This document shows positions 61,110 through 64,000 of a DNA stretch of 64,000 bases, one piece after another; positions within the stretch are counted from its first letter, which is position 1; each line of letters starts with the position of its first letter. This stretch comes from a virus. The DNA lies in the IMG/VR virus record IMGVR_UViG_3300050343_000261; one strand, 5' to 3'. The translations under genes were made by a program, and so were the position numbers. The notes under the pieces were generated by a model, which ran no database searches, was not told the DNA's origin, and was given only the letters and a program-made list of their open reading frames with translations.

Positions 61110-63384
61110 AGGTTTCTTCGTCTTCAGTTTGGATACTAGCAACTAAACTTGCAAGATCTACTGCCGGTTCTTCCATCTCGTCCGACTTGAGGTCATTTGT
61201 ATTTTGGTAATAAGAAGTCTTCCAGCCATACTTGTATGTGGTTAGAAGATCATTCGCCATGACAGACACCGGGACTTCGTTGTTGTCATAGTCAATGGGG
61301 TTGTACGACCAGTTACCAGAGATTGCTTGATCAAAGAATTTCTGCATAACAGAAACCACATTGATGTAACCTCGGTTACCTTTCATTTCCCAGAGAAGAG
61401 TGTACTGATTCTTCAGGCGTTGATACTGGGGAACAACCTGCTTGAGAGGCCCCTTTTTGCTTTTCTTGATGGACAGACAATCACGCGGGGGTTCGATTCC
61501 GTTGGTGGCATTTGACACAACGGAACTGCTCTCCGAAGGCATCTGTGCGGACAGTGTTGAGTGCCGTAGTCCATGCTCGGAGATAGATACCCTAAGACTA
61601 TCCCAATCATGTTGCAATTCAGCAGTTGTAATCTCGTCAACGTCACTCTTATAATGATCTATTGGTAGTTGACCGTGAGAATATTTAGTCCGATCGAAGT
61701 ATCCACATGCACCCTTCTCTTCTGCCAATTTATTAGACGCTTTGAGAAGATAATACTGGAATGATTCCGTCAGTTGATGAACTGCATCCCATGCCTCTTG
61801 ACTATCATAGTTGTATCCAAGTTTAGCAAGATAGTGTGCCAGACCAATGAACCCAATACCCAGTGAGCGACGTGCTTTTGTGCTGATTTCTGCTGCTTTG
61901 ACAGGATACTCTTGATACTCAATCAGTTCATCCAAAGCACGAACAGCTAACTCACAATAATCTTCCAGTTCAGTGTCAGATCGCACTGTACCTACGTTGA
62001 TAGCAGACAGGATACAAAGAGCAATTTCACCTGCTCCATCGATGTGATCAATGGGGTCTGTGGGAAGTGTAATCTCCTGACAAAGGTTACTCATCGACAC
62101 CTTATCAGTAAACGAAGAGTGAGTATTACAATGATCGATATTCATGATGTAAATACGACCAGTCTCTGCTCTCTCCTTCAGGATGTTTAGAATTAGGTCC
62201 TGTGCCCCGATAGTCTTTCTTGGAACAGACTCATCTCGTTCAAACTCCACATATAAATCATCGAACCTGTCAGTACCAAAGGAATCATACAGACCCGGTA
62301 CGTCATGCGGTGAGAAGAGGCTAATCTCTCCATTCTGGATGAAACGTTCGTAGAAAATCTTTGAAATTTGGATTGAGTAGTCAAGTTTTCGTACCCGATT
62401 GTCTTCTGTGCCTTTGTTGTTCTTGAGAACAATGATGTCCTCTATCTCTTGATGCCAGATTGGAAAGTGGACAGTCGCTGACCCACCTCGGACACCGTTT
62501 TGTGTGCAGCATCGTACAGTTGATTCAAACTTTTTGAGGAAGGGGATAACACCTGTGTGTTGAACCTCTCCGCCTCGGATTTTAGCGTTGATGCCACGGA
62601 TTGCACCTGCGTTGATACCGATACCCGCCCTTTGTGCAACGTATTTGCCAATAGCCATATCAGAGCTAAAGATACTATCGAGGGTGTCAGCAACATCAAC
62701 AAGAACGCAAGAAGCAAATTGTCGAAGGGGTGTTCTGACGCCTGCCATGATGGGCGTTGGGATGTTGATCTTGTGTTTGCTGATTGCGTCGTAGTACCGT
62801 TTGACATATGACAGGCGAGTCTCTTGGGGGTAGTTAGCAAACAGAGTTGCCGAAATCATCATATACATTTGCTGAGGAGTCTCAAAGACTTCCCCATTAC
62901 TACGATCTTGGACCAGATACTTATCAACTACTTGACGGAGACCGGCAAAAGTAAACAGATAGTCACGGTCGTGGTCAATATAGGTGTCAAGTATTGCGAT
63001 CTCTTTACTGTCATACTTATCTAGGATGTTTGCATCGTAAACACCCATCTCAACACACTTAGAAATGTGTCCCTGCAGAGGTGGAATGTCATCAATCAAA
63101 CCGTAAAGTTGTTTACGGATGGAAAACAGGAGCAAACGAGCAGCAACAAACTGGTAGTTAGGTACTTCCAGAGAAATAAGATCCGAAGCAGATTTGATCA
63201 AGATTCCTTGGATCTCAGCAGTGCTGATACCATCAAAGAACTGAATGCCTGATTGAATTTCTACTTGAGATGCAGAGACGCCAGCGAGTCCTTCGCATGC
63301 TTTCTCTACCATCAAATGCATCTTATCAAGGTCTAAAGGTTCAATAGAACCGTTACGCTTTACTACCTTGGTGCCGTTGCTCAT
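61090..63384 (-). CDS. nrdA: Ribonucleotide reductase class Ia, alpha subunit with ATP cone
   Basis: VVKRNG ATP cone; QFASC; SNLCQEI; MPSESSS; C-terminal CESC. No intron or intein. Confidence 0.98.
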   Translation of the reverse strand: MSNGTKVVKRNGSIEPLDLDKMHLMVEKACEGLAGVSASQVEIQSGIQFFDGISTAEIQGILIKSASDLISLEVPNYQFVAARLLLFSIRKQLYGLIDDIPPLQGHISKCVEMGVYDANILDKYDSKEIAILDTYIDHDRDYLFTFAGLRQVVDKYLVQDRSNGEVFETPQQMYMMISATLFANYPQETRLSYVKRYYDAISKHKINIPTPIMAGVRTPLRQFASCVLVDVADTLDSIFSSDMAIGKYVAQRAGIGINAGAIRGINAKIRGGEVQHTGVIPFLKKFESTVRCCTQNGVRGGSATVHFPIWHQEIEDIIVLKNNKGTEDNRVRKLDYSIQISKIFYERFIQNGEISLFSPHDVPGLYDSFGTDRFDDLYVEFERDESVPRKTIGAQDLILNILKERAETGRIYIMNIDHCNTHSSFTDKVSMSNLCQEITLPTDPIDHIDGAGEIALCILSAINVGTVRSDTELEDYCELAVRALDELIEYQEYPVKAAEISTKARRSLGIGFIGLAHYLAKLGYNYDSQEAWDAVHQLTESFQYYLLKASNKLAEEKGACGYFDRTKYSHGQLPIDHYKSDVDEITTAELQHDWDSLRVSISEHGLRHSTLSAQMPSESSSVVSNATNGIEPPRDCLSIKKSKKGPLKQVVPQYQRLKNQYTLLWEMKGNRGYINVVSVMQKFFDQAISGNWSYNPIDYDNNEVPVSVMANDLLTTYKYGWKTSYYQNTNDLKSDEMEEPAVDLASLVASIQTEDEETCESCAI

Positions 63385-64000
63385 ACCCGTTTCCACGTTT
63401 GAAGTTTCAATGTCGCCTCTAATCCTTTGTAGGTATTAGATTCTATCAGATTTTGGACATCCTGTCCAGCAAGATGCATGTCATTCAAATCCTTTTCATG
63501 AACTGATGATGGAAAAATAACTACCGGATACGACTTTGCGATGGTCTTAGCAATTTTAGAGACGATCTCCCTGGAACGGGGCTCGTTGTCATAGACGAAT
63601 ACGAACTTATAATCCATAGTGCCAAGGTCAACATCGCTACCACACATAGCGATAGAGTTCCCAAGGAAAGTGGAGTCAAATGGTCCTTCTGTGACGTAGA
63701 CGGTCTCTTTTTTGTCAATTTTATCTAACCCGTAGATCTTTGGATGTTCCTCATCAAGCATCATGGTGAGATATTTAGGTTGCACATAATTGTCCAACGC
63801 CCTACCCTGAAACCCAATTAGTTTTTTACTCTCACTGTACATTGGTATGACAATACGTGCATGATCACGTGTAATGTTGTCATACGTAGGTTTGTATGTG
63901 TTGCAGAACCTCTGAAACTTTTCAGCGTAGAAATAATCCTTTGGATCTAGACCACGTTTGGTCAAATACCTTACAGAATCTGCATTTTCAGTTGCTCTAG
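63381..64000 (-). CDS. gp61: DNA primase gp61, 5' end outside the window
   Basis: IVIPM; GFQGRAL; VYVTEGPFDS; DNEPR; KDLNDM (TOPRIM); the frame is open to base 64000. Confidence 0.93.
   Translation of the reverse strand, partial: RATENADSVRYLTKRGLDPKDYFYAEKFQRFCNTYKPTYDNITRDHARIVIPMYSESKKLIGFQGRALDNYVQPKYLTMMLDEEHPKIYGLDKIDKKETVYVTEGPFDSTFLGNSIAMCGSDVDLGTMDYKFVFVYDNEPRSREIVSKIAKTIAKSYPVVIFPSSVHEKDLNDMHLAGQDVQNLIESNTYKGLEATLKLQTWKRV

Noticed and set aside
61485-61505. tRNA T-arm-like GGTTCGATTCC
   Set aside because: Lies inside nrdA coding sequence, with no cloverleaf around it.
59922-63384. Intron or intein in nrdA/nrdB
   Set aside because: Lengths are normal and the frames uninterrupted.

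Overview
This window is 64 kb of a T4-like cyanomyovirus (Kyanoviridae-type) genome, probably infecting marine Synechococcus; the host is inferred from the psbA/psbD sequences and the petE/petF content. Almost all genes are on the minus strand. Order along the window: baseplate/tail module (gp27-like partial, two tape-measure-like genes, gp51, gp26, gp54, then gp4, gp2, gp48, gp53 on +); gp32; gp59/gp33/exonuclease/phoH; thyX; glutaredoxin; petF/petE; psbD/psbA; a ~19 kb glycosylation island; talC; a +strand cluster of secreted-type proteins; nrdB/nrdA; and primase gp61 (partial). The unusual content is a large set of tailoring enzymes interleaved with the core genes: two tandem amidinotransferases, three radical SAM enzymes, a split N-C-N carbamoyltransferase, three SGNH-like proteins, six 2OG-Fe(II) oxygenases, an ABM monooxygenase, a mini-kinase, six DUF616-like domains and a 3,6-dideoxysugar E1 dehydrase. 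Non-coding highlights: a tandem glutamine-riboswitch-like element whose second aptamer has a whole 53-aa ORF inside its P2 loop, a PhotoRC-II leader, a self-contained ~80-nt sRNA, and a thrice-repeated A-tract motif at gene junctions. Three single-base frameshifts are visible and may be sequencing errors. I saw no tRNA, CRISPR array, IS element or intron. All family calls come from motif recognition by eye; no database search was run.
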